The notes under the pieces are model-generated. The model saw only the letters and a program-made list of their open reading frames with translations. It ran no database searches and was not told the origin of the DNA. Positions 45,857 to 58,953 of a stretch of 64,000 bases of DNA are shown piece by piece. Made by a program: the position numbers and the translations under genes. How positions within the stretch are numbered: position 1 is the stretch's first letter; each line of letters opens with the position of its first letter. Origin of the DNA: the human T2T-CHM13v2.0 reference genome, Homo sapiens; assembly GCF_009914755.1 (NCBI RefSeq), contig NC_060928.1, one strand, 5' to 3'.

Positions 45857-48800
45857 TTATTAGGATAATTTTGAAATCTCAAAAAAGCCCTTAAATGTTA
45901 AGGAAACGCACTCAAATGAGCAATTGAGCTCTGATTATTATCCAATGCGAACAATATTAGATTAAGTTGCGACTAGAAAGAAACTACTGCTTATTTGTAC
46001 TATTAAAAAGCCTCAAGTATTTTTGGAAAAAATAACATGTAAATAAAATTTTGAGCCACATATAGCTAAAAGTAAATGCATTAAAATTCAATATTAAAAC
46101 CTGAACAACTTAAATAACAAAATGCTGCTGTTATAGATATACACACTTCGTCTGATTTTTGACCTAGTTTCTTAGTTTGAAAGTCACTCAGTCCGGTTAT
46201 TTGTCTCCACAGTGTTTTTGATGTGCACTGCTTTACAATCGCATACTCTCATTTGCATTCTTCCATGTCCGGTGCACAGTTCAGCTAATCTTTTACTGTC
46301 AGTTATTTTTTTTCTCTTAAACAATTGTCTAAATGTCAGGCATCATAGAAGTGGTTTCAAAAATTTAAAATCACAATTTCTAAATCCCAATCAAAATTAT
46401 TAAAGGACTTCAGGATATGACTTATCTTAATTATCTTCTAGATTCCTTTCCATTTTTAATTGCTGGCTACAGTTTTTAGGAGTAAAGAGGCATTTTAAAT
46501 GTTTTTATTCTTTTTATAGCCTTCTTCCTCCTCAGGGCCTAATTTATTCTTTGAGTTAGCAGGCCCAGGTGTTTGCCAAAAGCCCTCCCTTTCTAAATTC
46601 CAATTTGCAAGAAAAGGAAAAAAATATCAGCATTAAAAAAATACTTATTTCTTAATTGTGACCTTTTACGGCAACATGGACATTTGTCATTTCTTTCACA
46701 CTGTAAATCAAACTTACAGGTGAGCAATGAGACCAGCTGACACTGAAAATGGGTTTTTGAAACCTTTGAGTAATTTAGAATGTTTTCCTGTCCCTGAATA
46801 TAAAGTCAGGTATATTTTACTGACTGATTCATTTAAATCCTACTTCTTTTACAGTCAGATTCCCTATAAAAATTTCAACTCTCCAAGATATATTGTCTGT
46901 ATAGACATAATCATAAAATTTTGTTTAGTCTTAAATTTGCATTGTTTTAGCTCTTTTATATAACTAATCTTTATATTCTCTTTATAACTGTATTTTTCCT
47001 TTATTAGCTGTTTATTTCTACAAGTTATACAATATTTAAAGTACATAAGCCATTAGTAATCAACTTAACCCATAATGCATTCCATCTTTCTTTTCTCTCT
47101 AAGGTAATAACAGGTCTAAGCTAAACTTTAATATCCTCGTATGATACCAAGTTATAGTATTACAAAAGATGTTTCAGGTTGTTGTAAGGGAATGTCTCCT
47201 TCAAAATTTTTAAATGGACTTATATAGGACAGACAGGACACAACTGCATTAACCAGTGAGTTGGGAAAAATATGTCACCCTGTATTCCACATAGTGTGCA
47301 TTTTTCATTCACACACTCATCTGCCAAAACTTATGACTGTGAATTATGTTAACAATTTTGGTTTAGGTCAGTGCACACAATTTAAACACCTACACAATAG
47401 CCTGTATTTTCATTCTCTTATTGAAAGTCTCTATTCAGCAGGGTAGATACATTTAAATAGCCAAAAAAGAGAAGTAAGTCTATGAGCAGTCTTCCTTAGT
47501 TATTTTCATTTGAGCTCACAGTCTGACCTATTTTATTGATGTTGCAGAAACATTATGAGAAATCCTTTTAAATCTTGAAAGAGCAGTTGCAAAAAATATG
47601 TAGTATGCACATACAGACACATAGAAATGGCTGAAGTGCCGAGTAGCATACATTTCTTTGCTAATTTCTAAAGTAGGGACATATACACATAAAAATTATT
47701 GGCAATCCTAAAAATATCAAGGACTCCTTAGCTATAAAAAGTAATATATGGTGTATGGAATGCACTGAGTCGATTCACTGCTTTTCAGGGAAACATTCCC
47801 ATTTTGACCCCTGAATAAATCAGCTAATGTCATAAAAGCTAAAACTGAATTCTCTTTCCTTAGCTTAAGTATAAATCTAATAATTAGTGTAGAAATTATC
47901 AGACTCAATATTCCCTAGGTTTGGGGAATTCTATAGGTTGATGTTAGGTGAACACATATATATTTACATGCTTTTGAAATAAATATATCAATGATTTAAG
48001 AAAGTGTTCTGTTTTTTAAAGCAAGTACTAAAAATTTGATGTTTTTCACAGAAATACTCACTTTATATTCTGTATTAATATGAGGTTTTTAAAATTGAAT
48101 TTATACTTTTATATGTTATATTTTTACTTAGTCAGGAAGTATCGTAGTCTTGTATTTTTGCTTTCTCCAATATATATGGAATGACCCACAATAAGCTTAG
48201 TAGGATTTTATATGCAAAGTATAATTGTTTTGCTATTTTAAGCTTCAAAAGGTAAAAGAGCTTGGGAGTCATTATTCTCATCTTTAAAACAAGCAATGAA
48301 AGTGTTAGATAAACAGATCATCAATGATTTTTCTTCTACCGTTAGAGAACTGAGGTCACAAGGCAAACTGCCACCCTGAAATTTGGAGAGACAGACCTAT
48401 CCGCTGAAAGAAAGCCTAATCTGCTAATCTGGTACAAAAGTCCCTGGAGAGCTAAAGTGATTGAAACCCTTGAATTAGGTAAATTTTGCCTAATTGCTGT
48501 AAACTGAGTGTGGACTAGCCTGAAAGTGAGAGGATGCTGGGATCTATAGTCCTACTTGTGTGGGTTTCAATTCCAGGAATCATACCAGGTTCTCATGGTA
48601 AATATCCAAGAAAGATTCCCTCATGGCTCTAGCAGGGAAAAAGGGAAAAAAAAACCATTGTGAAATACACCCAAATGATTTTCAATAACACATTTATACT
48701 CCCCGAGGGAAAGGATTTTGCCTCAGTTTTACTTCAGCTAGGGGAAGAGAATTCCTACCAGTCCAGTTGCCTCCAGCCTTCTTATCTTACTTGAGTGGAA

Positions 48801-49048
48801 AATAACAATAACGGCAACAACAAAATTAAGCATGGTCCACAGAGGACATAGGTTAAAGAAAGTAGATTGGGAATACCTAAGCCAGGGAAGGGAATAGGGA
48901 ACAGGAGGACAAAGCTATAATACTGGAGAAACATTGGGAGGTTAGAGCCCAAGAACACTTGCCTTGTAAAGACCAAGATTTAATCAGATTGTAGAATGTC
49001 CCTGGTTTCCCATACCTTAGCACTACACCAACAGGGCTTCAGTATAAT

Positions 49049-49442
49049 TGATAGATGCAGGAGGCAGATAAGGGAGGGTCCCTAGAGAGTCTCTGACCTA
49101 CCCCACATGTGTTTACATCAGATGCTTTTGTGCAAATGAGGGAACTTACCTAGGACCTTGTCTGGACATGCCTGCAATGGACTGGGGGCCTGACTGCGCA
49201 CTAGGAATTCATGCCTTATGCAGCGAGGAGAAGCCTGGCCATTTCAGCTCATGTGTGGTGGCCTGGTGTTCGTTCTGTGAGGTGGGAGCCTGTTGGCAGG
49301 ACCTGCTCCTTTTTGATGAGAGCTTTCTTTTAATAAATTTTACTCTTCTTACCTTTCAACGTGTCCATGTGCTTAATTTTTTCTGGTCGAGAGACAAGAA
49401 CCCAGATTTTAGCTGAGCTAAGGAGCAAAAAATCCTTCATCA
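49049..49442 (+). mobile_element. MER61 solo LTR (ERV1)
   Basis: TG...CA termini. Start tgatagatgcaggaggcagataagggagggtccc, internal gtgtttacatcagatgcttttgtgca, AATAAA near 49332, end agctgagctaaggagcaaaaaatccttcatca. Degenerate 4-bp TSD taat/tagt. Confidence 0.85.
49154..49173. promoter_or_regulatory. p53 response element (19/20 consensus match) in the MER61 LTR
   Basis: GACCTTGTCT GGACATGCCT versus RRRCWWGYYY x2 with zero spacer. A third degenerate half-site GAACTTACCT lies at 49142-49151. Confidence 0.7.
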
Positions 49443-49615
49443 TAGTAGTGGCTTATATCAAATATACCCCATCACTGGGTTATATTTGAAAGTGCCACAA
49501 CTTATATTTTGTCTCTATAACTTGTAACACTTTCAAGTTGTAAACTTAAGGAGGCAAACTTAGGGAAACCGAAGGTCAACAGAGTAGACAGAAACAGGAA
49601 GAGTAAAGGAGTGTG

Positions 49616-49895
49616 CCTGTAATCCCAGCACTTTGGGAGGCTGAGGCGGGCAGGTCACCTGAGGTCAGGAGTTTAAAACCAGCCTGGCCAACATGGTGAA
49701 ACCCTGTCTCTACTAAAAATACAAATATTAGCTGGGCATGGTGATGCCTGTAATCCCAGCCACTCAGGAGGCTGAGACAGGAGAATCGCTTCAACCTGGG
49801 AGGTGGAGGTTGCAGTGAGCTGAGATGGCACCACTGCCCTCCAGCCTGGGCAACAGAACAAGACTCCATCTCAACAAGAAAAGAAGAAAAAAGAA
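49616..49895 (+). mobile_element. AluSx, 5'-clipped, with TSD
   Basis: TSD aaaggagtgtg at 49605-49615 and 49896-49906. Confidence 0.96.
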
Positions 49896-50824
49896 AAAGG
49901 AGTGTGAATCCTCTGTCACCTACAGCTACAGCAAACATTATACAAAGCTCAACTCCTAGCCACATTAACATAAAATCTCACAATAAAGACCTAAATACTT
50001 CACTCATATTAACTGACAGGACATGTCTGGCTTCCAGTGAAATAATTACAAGGCACGTCAAAAGGCAAAAATGCAAATAAAGTCTGAAAAGAAAAAGAAA
50101 TCATCATAACCAAACCCAGATCTAACACAGATGTTGGAATTATCACACAAGGAATTTAAAATAATTATGATGACGATTAATATTTGAAGGGCTCTATTGT
50201 AAACAGTAGCTATCACACAAGAACAGATGGACAATTGAAGCAGGTATAAGATAAGTATAAGAAAGAATAAAAAGAAAATGCTAGAAATAAAAAAACACTA
50301 ATAAAATTGAGGAATATTTTTGATGGACTCATCAGTAGACACATCATAGATGAAGAAAAAAAATCAGTAAGTGTAAAGATAGGTCAATTGAAATGGAATG
50401 AAAAAATAATTTAAAAAATCCTGGCGGGATATCAAATAACTGTGAGACAATTAAAAATGTGTAAAATATGCTTAATTTGGATACCAGGAGCAGAAGATAA
50501 CACAGAATGAATACTTAAAATATTAAGAGCAGAGAATTTTCCAAAATTACCTACAGATTCCCCAAATCACAGAGTCCAAAGGCTAAAAGAACACCAGCAG
50601 GATAAACGCAAAATACACAAACAACAACACATCTAGGAATATCATATTTAAAACGCAAACAAAGATAATCTTCAAAAAAGCCAGTGGAAAAATATACCTT
50701 CTCAATAGAGGAGCAAAGGCAAAAATTATAGCCAACTTCTTGTCAAATGCCTTCTTTTCCATGCAAGCAGGAAAAGAATGGAGCAAAAAATTTAAAGTTT
50801 TGGAGAGAAACAGTAACACCAACC

Positions 50825-51900
50825 AAATGAAAAGAAAATCTGTGATTTGGAGAAAATATTTGCAAGGCATATATCTGTTAAGCTGTTAGTGTCCAAAATA
50901 TATAAGGAACTCAAACTACTCTATGCAAAGAAAATAGATAATCCTACTAGAAAACGGGCAAACGACTTGAATAGACATTTCTCAAAACATAAGAATGGCC
51001 AACAGATATATCAGAAAATGCTCAACATAACTAAACATTTGGGAAATGCAGATTAAAACTACAATGATATATTACCTCATATCTGTCAGAATGGTTAACT
51101 AAAAGACAAAAGACAAGTGTTGGTGAGGATGGAGAGAAAAGAGAAACCTTGTACACTATGATGGAGAATGTAGATTAATACAATTATTATGAAAAACAGT
51201 ATGGAAGTTTCTCAAAAAACTAAAAGTAGAAGTATAATAAGACCCAGCCATCCCACCTCTGGATATTTACCCTAAAGACTTGAAATCAATATATCAAAGA
51301 GATGTCTGTACTCCTACGTTCATTGTATCCCTATTGACAGTAGCCAAGTTATGGATTTAACCTAAATGTCTATAAAGGGATGAACGGATAAAGAAAAGTG
51401 GTATATGTACACCATGGAATACTATTCAGCCATAAAGAAAAAATTCTGTCATTTTGACATGAATGGAATTGGAGAATATTATGCTGAATGAATTAAGCCA
51501 GGCACAAAAAGACAAATGCTGCATGTTCTCATTTACATGTGGACTCTAAAACAATCAAGAAACCAAGAGTAGAATGGTGGTTACAGAGGCTGGGGAACTT
51601 GGGGAAAAGGAGAGACAATGCTTAAAAGGTCCAAAGCCTCAAATACAGAGAAAGAATCAGTTCTTTACAAAAATCTATTGCACAGCATGATGAGTGGAGC
51701 TAACTGTGTACTCCAGAATCACTAAGTAAATTTTAAATATCCTCACCACAAAATTGGTAAATATTTGAGGAGATGGCTATGTTAATTAGTGTGATTTAAT
51801 TATTATATTGCATTCATAAATAATAACATCACTTCGTAACCCATAAATACACACAACTGTAATTTGTCAATGCACAATACAAAATAAATTTTAAAAAAGA
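50825..51900 (+). mobile_element. L1MA 3' end (about 1.1 kb) nested in the older L1
   Basis: ggagaaaatatttgcaag...aaaatgctcaacataact...ccatggaatactattcagccataaa...catcacttcgtaacccataaatacacacaactgtaatttgtcaat, then an A-rich end. Confidence 0.9.
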
Positions 51901-52692
51901 AGGTCTTGAAGTGGAAAGAATCACCAAAAAAGGGCCAGAAACTTGGATTTACAGAAAGAATGAATATCAAAGAAGGAGAAAATAAAGGTAAAACAAAGTC
52001 TTCTGTTTTTCTCATTCTTAATTGACATGAAAGACAATACTTTAAAACAGTAATAGTAACAGTGTATTCAGTGATTAGAACACATCAATCACCAAAATGA
52101 ATGACATTAGTGTCATAAGGGATAGGAAGGAGGAATTGGGGAATCCTCTGTTGTAAAGTGTGTGTTCTACAGGCACAGTCGTAAAGTGTTATATGAAGGT
52201 GGATTTGGTTCAGTTAAAAATGTATATTGTAAACTCTAGGGCAATCACTAAAATATTTTAAAAGTGTTAATTACGCTAAGAAAGGAGATACAATAGCATT
52301 ATATAAAATTCTCAATCAAAACTGGAGAAGGCCGAAACCAAGTAGGAAATAAAGAAACAAACAACAAATGTAATGAATAGAAAACAGTTACAAGCATGGT
52401 ACATATTAATCCAGTCATGTTAATAAGCATTTTATATGTGAAGGCCTAAATATACCAATTAAAAGACAGAGATTGTCAGAGTGGATTAAAAAAAAAAAAA
52501 AACCAGCTGTCTGTTGTATACAAGATACACAGTTATCAATAAAGACTCTCAATAAAAGTAAAGGGATAGTCCATAAGACTTAAGGCAAAAGAAACCATAC
52601 ATGAGCTTTGTACTCTAGTTGCTGAGGTGTTTTCCCATGAGTATGTAGGTTTACAAATCTGTAACCAATACACACGTAAAAAGAATTAAACA

Positions 52693-53008
<316 letters not shown>

Positions 53009-54323
53009 GAATTAAACAAATAATTAAATGGATGGAAAATGGTGAGAGCCAGAATGGAGGTCAAGGAAAGTTACAAATAAGAAAGCAGAAGACACAAGAA
53101 TGATCCATGTGGTAATGGATTAGAGGTGGAGAGATAAGTAAAACTCATGTGTAGTTTAATACAGATACAGACGATCACATATATACCTATTTATAGGTGT
53201 GTGTAAAGATGTGAGTATACAAACATATTTCCTTGCTCTGTAAGCTAAGAGGTTCTAGAATCAACCATACCAAAGTAGCAAAGAGCAAACTTAGCATTCA
53301 GTTCTTGGTTTCTAATAACATTTTACAATTAAAGAAAGAAAAGATTCTTGAAGAAATGGCTAATTTTAGGACTAGAGCAGGAAATACATAAAATGAGCCT
53401 GGAATTTTCTGTAGTGTCAGAAAGTAAGGAAGTGCTCAAGCATACACACATACAATTGGAAATGCAGGTGCGAGGGAGTGCTCACAAGTACCCAAAGATT
53501 AAAGCTGAAAAAAAAATTCCACAAAATAAAGTAATATTGAATTATAACCCAAAATATAAAATTAACATTCATGAGATTATACTGATATAAAAAAGATTGA
53601 ATAAATAAATCCGAAGAGACAAATTTCCCTTGGGGAATAATTCCAGATAATTTATGCAGATACTCCACTCTCACACAAGTGGGACATTACGCCCAGTTTC
53701 TTAAGTGTGGGTTGCTCACAGTGATTTCCTTCCACAGAGTGCGTTCAGTAAAGGAGGAAAAAGGCAACTTTACAGTGAAGAAACCTGACAAACACTACCT
53801 TAGCCAGATGATCCAAGATTACATGGACTGTGAGGAGTCATGTGCTCTTGATATAAGGTGATGGAAATGGCATTTTACCATAGTGTTTTTCCTCCCCCAA
53901 GCCATAATTCCAGTCCAATAATGAGAAAAACATTCAAGAAATCTAAAATGAGGAAAATTCTGCAAAATATCTAATCAGTACTCCTAAAAATGTCCAGGAC
54001 ATCAAAAACAAGGTAAGTCTGAGAAGCTGCTACAACCAGAAGGAGTCTAAATTAGGCATCATGACTGAAAGTAGTAAAGGTATCCTGGGTGAGATCCCGA
54101 AATGGAAAAAGGACATTAGGTGAAACCTAAGAGAATATGAACAAGAGTATAGTCTGGTTAATAATAATGTATCAATATTTTATAAACTGACACTAGCATA
54201 AGATGTTACTGATAGGGAAAACTGGTAGTGACATTTATGGCAGCTATCAATGGTCTTCACAACTTTTCTGCAAATCTGAAATTACTTCAAAATAAAATGT
54301 TTTTTTATAAATTAAAATATGTA

Positions 54324-54624
54324 AGCCAGGCTTGGTGGCTCATGCCTGTAATCCCTGCACTTTGGGAAGCTGAGACGGATGGATCAGCTGAGGCCTGGAG
54401 TTTGAGATCAGCCTGGCTAACTTGGTGAAACCGCATCTCTACTAAAAATACAAAAATTAGATGTACCACTGTAACCCCAGCTACTCAGGAGGTTAAGGCA
54501 CGAGAATTGCTTGACCCTGGGAGGCGGAGGTGCAGTGAGCCAACATATGTCACTGCACTCCACCCTGGGCGACAGAGTGAGACTGTCTCAAAAAAGAAAA
54601 AAAGGAAATAAACAAACAAACAAA
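54324..54624 (+). mobile_element. AluSz6-like, diverged
   Basis: gaggcctggagttt and ggcacgagaattgc; (AAAC)n tail. Confidence 0.94.
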
Positions 54625-54934
54625 TATATTTTAAATTCACCTTACATTTGACGATCATTTTACCAAGGAGATGCATTTATTTAAAAACATATATTTAAAT
54701 AAATGTAATAAAGACACATTGTAGAAATTTTAGAATATATAGAAGAAAAAATACAATATGTGAGAAGTGCTTGGCATTTAATATACGATAAATATGTAAA
54801 CATTTAAAAAGATTATTTAACATTTTCCTGTAACATTATATATAACATTCAACAAATCAATAATCAACAAACCTCCGCCTCATTTTATTGTAAAATAAGA
54901 CCAAATAAAACAACCTAATGTGTATAATTAATAA

Positions 54935-56482
54935 TGAGAGGTGACAGCATGCTGGCAGTCCTCAGAGCCCTCGCTTGCTCTCGGCACCTCCTCTGCCTGG
55001 GCTCCCACTTTGGTGGCATTTGAGGAGCCCTTCAGCCCCCCACTGCACTGTGGGAGCCCCTTTCTGGGCTGGCCAAGGCCGGAGCCCACTCCCTCAGCTT
55101 GCAGGGAGGTGTGGAGGGAGAGGCACGAGCGGGAACCGGGGCTGCGTGCGGTGCTTGCGGGCCAGCTGGAGTTCCGGGTGGGCGTGGGCTTTGCGGGCCC
55201 CTCACTCGGAGCAGCCAGCCAGCCCTGCTGGCCCCTGGCAATGGGGGACTTAGCACCCAGGCCAGTGGCTGCGGAGGGTGTACTGAGTCCCCCAGCAGTG
55301 CCGGCCCACCGGCGCTGCGCTCGATTTCTCGCTGGGCCTTAGCTGCCTTCCTGTAGGGCAGGGCTCAGGACCTGCAGCCCGCCATGCCTGAGCCTCCCAC
55401 CCACTCCATGGGCTCCTGTGCTGCCCGAGCCTCCCTGACGAGCACCACCCCCTGCTCCACGGCACCCAGTCCCATCGACCACCCAAGGGCTAAGGAATGT
55501 GAGCGCACGGCGCAGGACTGGCAGGCAGCTCCACCTGCAGCCCCCCTGTGGGATCCACTAGGTGAAGCCAGCTGGGCTCCTGAGTCTGGTGGGGACGTGG
55601 AGAGTCTTTATATCTAGCTCAGGGATTGTAAATACACCAATCAGCACCCTGTGTTTAGCTCAAGGTTTGTGAGTGCACCAATCGACACTCTGTATCTAGC
55701 TGCTCTGGTGAGGACGTGGAGAACCTTTATGTCTAGCTCAGGGATTGTAAATACACCAATCAGCACTCTGTATCTAGCTCAAGGTTTGTAAACACACCAA
55801 TCAGCACCCTGTGTTTAGCTCAAGGTTTGTAAATGCACCAATCGACACTCTGTATCTAGCTGCTCTGGTGGGGCCTTGGAGAACCTGTGTGTCCAAACTC
55901 TGTATCTAACTCATCTGATGGGGACTTGGAAAACCTTTGTATCTAGCTCAGGGATTGTAAACGCACCAATCAGCGCCCTGACAAAACAGGCCACTCGGCT
56001 CTACCAATCAGCAGGATGTGGGTGGGGCCAGATAAGAGAATAAAAGCAGGCTGCCCAAGCCAGCATTGGCAACCTGCTCGGTTCTTCTTCCACACTGTGG
56101 AAGCTTTGTTCTTTCGCTCTTTGCAATAAATCTTGCTACTGCTCACTCTTTGGATCCACGCTGCTTTTATGAGCTGTAACACTCACCGCGAAGATATGCA
56201 GCTTCACTCCTGAGCCCAGCAAGACCACAAGCCCACCGGGAGGAATGAACAACTCCAGACACGCTGCCTTAAGAACTATAACACTCTCTGCAAGGTCTGC
56301 AGCTTCACTCCTGAGCTAGTGAGACCACGAACCCACCAGAAGGAAGAAACTCCAAACACATCTGAACATCAGAAGGGGTAGACTCCAGATGCGCCACCTT
56401 AAGAGCTGTAACACTCACCGCGAGGGGCTGCAGCTTCATTCTTGAAGTCAGTGAGACCAAGAACCCACCAATTCTGGACACA
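54935..56482 (+). mobile_element. LTR12C (HERV9) solo LTR, full length, 1548 bp
   Basis: Starts tgagaggtgacagcatgctggcagtcctc and ends ccaccaattctggacaca. Perfect TSD ataa at 54931-54934 and 56483-56486. GC-rich U3 with tandem CCAAT repeats. Confidence 0.96.
55610..56130 (+). promoter_or_regulatory. LTR12C enhancer-promoter: 7 CCAAT boxes, GATA site, TATA-like AATAAAA and poly(A) signal
   Basis: CCAAT at 55637, 55678, 55756, 55797, 55838, 55966 and 56004. AGATAA at 56030, AATAAAA at 56039-56045, AATAAA at 56125-56130. Confidence 0.8.
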
Positions 56483-56554
56483 ATAAGACAATCTTAATAG
56501 TCAAAAGAGCCTATCTAAACAGAAATGTCATTTTACTTTAGACTGATGATATGA

Positions 56555-56872
<318 letters not shown>

Positions 56873-56874
56873 TC

Positions 56875-56995
56875 GCCTAATCTTTTCTTAAACGTCCCAC
56901 TTCTTCACAGTATCATATCGGAAACAACTGAATTTTGGAGGGGATTACGTTTCAACATGAAATTTGTAGGGAACAAAAACATTCAAATCATATAA
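56875..56995 (-). mobile_element. MaLR LTR (MST/MLT1) terminal fragment
   Basis: cttaaacgtcccacttctt...ggggattacgtttcaacatgaaatttgtagggaacaaaaacattcaaatcata. Confidence 0.75.
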
Positions 56996-58301
56996 ATATC
57001 TTTACTGTTTTTAAGAAATTACTTTCAACATAAAGTTAAAATATAATTTAAAATATATTGAGTCAATCCTCAAAAGCAGGGCCAATATACTGGAAACACG
57101 GTAAACATTTTAAATAAGCATGGTCAAATACCTTTAAAAATATTTGGAACATTTCTGAAACTGCTCAAATTCCAGTAACTGTAAGCTTACTCATCTTCTT
57201 TTTACGGTCTTTAAGATCAGACCAATGGTGCAAATATGATGAGTGGATTCTTGAGAGAAATATTTATTCAAAACAGATATAAAGTTTTAAAAAAACCAAC
57301 AGAAAGTATTCTGTTAATTTTCTTGGGCCCCACATAGGTCTGGGAAGAAATAAGTAGACATTAATTTTAAGTCCTTCATGTCACTTCTATCTTATAGACA
57401 GGCAACTTGGCCAAAATTGGTAAAATTCAAGTAAAGCCTGTTAAAAAGTTTACTGATTTGAATTGATTAAAAATATATTGAAATGGATCATTTTGCCCTT
57501 CATATTAATTTCAATATTTCTTGTGTTGAAACCAGGTGTGAAAAATGTCCACTTACTGGGCAAGATTAAGATTGATTTGAAGTTGATAAAAAAAATTGGG
57601 AGTCAGTAGATTTCTAATGAATCTTTAAAATCCTAGTCTTGAAAATGCCTGATAGGTCATTTCAGATGCCTCTAGGTAAGAATGGGCAGCATGTACAATT
57701 TTAGAAAAATGTATTTATGACTAGACCACAAATAAAAAATTCTGCTTTTGTTTGCTTTGTTTTACTCTAAGTTATTCTAGACAGAGGAGTTGAGAGCATT
57801 GTTTAGCACATCATTATATTTCTAACCCTTTACTTATGTTTGTTACTAATTTGTCTTTCATTCTTATTAACTGAAAAAAATAAATAAATAATTAAATAAG
57901 GTCTTGTGTTTAAGCTTAATAACCTGGCCATACGTGGAGTTCAAATTTATTTCCTCAGAAAAGCAGCAAACCCCTATATATATTTGGGGCCACAAACATG
58001 AAAAGAACAACTTATTTAGGTTTTAAAAATAATTATTTTCTCTTGCACTAATCTTAACATGTTTATGCAATTTCCTTTAGGAAGGTTGTAAGACTGTACA
58101 ATCTTCTGCATACAAGGGATTTAAAGAGAGTCAGAAGCTGGTGGTGTTCATGTTCTATTAGACTCATAGCTTTGTTTTTGTTTTTGTGTTTTTGTTCACA
58201 CAGATGTGTCTTTGTTTTAGTTACCAATATTTAAAAATCATCATGCTTCATATAAAAATATGGATTTTCAGCTCCTTTGGAATAAAAAATACACTGGTCA
58301 G

Positions 58302-58953
58302 TGTAAGATTCTCCCCGGGACCTGAAAGCTTAAGGAGATGAGTAACTCCTCCCTTCTCAGGCCCAGTCCCAAGGTGCAACTTGTGTCAGCAGAGTGCGCC
58401 GCCAAGATAGCAGGTTCTCACTCATAGGTGGGAATTGAACAATGAGAACACTTGGACACAGGAAGGGGAACATCACACCCCGGGGCCTGTTGTGGGGTGG
58501 AGGGAGCGGGGAGGGATAGCATTAGGAGATATACCTAATGTAAATGACGAGTTAATGGGTGCAGCACACCAACATGGCACATGTATACATATGTAACAAA
58601 CCTGCACGTTCTGCACATGTACCCTAAAACTTAAAGTATAATAATAAAAAAAAAAGATAGTAGAAGCAGGAAGAGAGCTGGCCGGAAGACACCTACCATA
58701 GCCGGAAGACGTGTATCCCTGAAGATTGAGAAAGAGGCCATCCAGGTACAACGTAGCAGTTACGTCACACTAGGACACTTCCTGTTTACAGGAGACTATA
58801 AAACCTTTGCCCCGTCCTTACTCTGGGCTGATGTCATTTTAGGCCTTAGCCCGCCTGCACCCAGGCGCTCATTAAAACAGCATGTTGCTCCACACCGCCT
58901 CCTGTTGTGTGTTGGCGCGCTCTAGGGGTTCAAACAGATACAAGAACCTTCCA
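58302..58953 (+). mobile_element. ERV solo LTR (LTR18-like, tentative) split by an L1 insertion
   Basis: TG...CA ends (tgtaagattctccccgggacctgaaagcttaagg...cagatacaagaaccttcca). TATAAAA at 58797, ATTAAA at 58871. Confidence 0.75.
58414..58653 (+). mobile_element. L1PA (PA3-PA5-like) 240-bp 3' end with TSD
   Basis: gttctcactcataggtgggaattgaacaatgag...aaaacttaaagtataataataaaa. TSD aagatagcag (58404-58413) and aagatagtag (58654-58663). Confidence 0.96.

Noticed and set aside
54941-55617. GC-rich CpG-island-like region with several overlapping ORFs
   Set aside because: Entirely within the LTR12C U3; the ORFs result from stop-poor GC-rich sequence.
55610-55975. Regular direct repeats resembling a CRISPR-like array
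   Set aside because: They are the known tandem CCAAT/GATA enhancer repeats of LTR12; eukaryotic DNA, no unique spacers and no cas genes.
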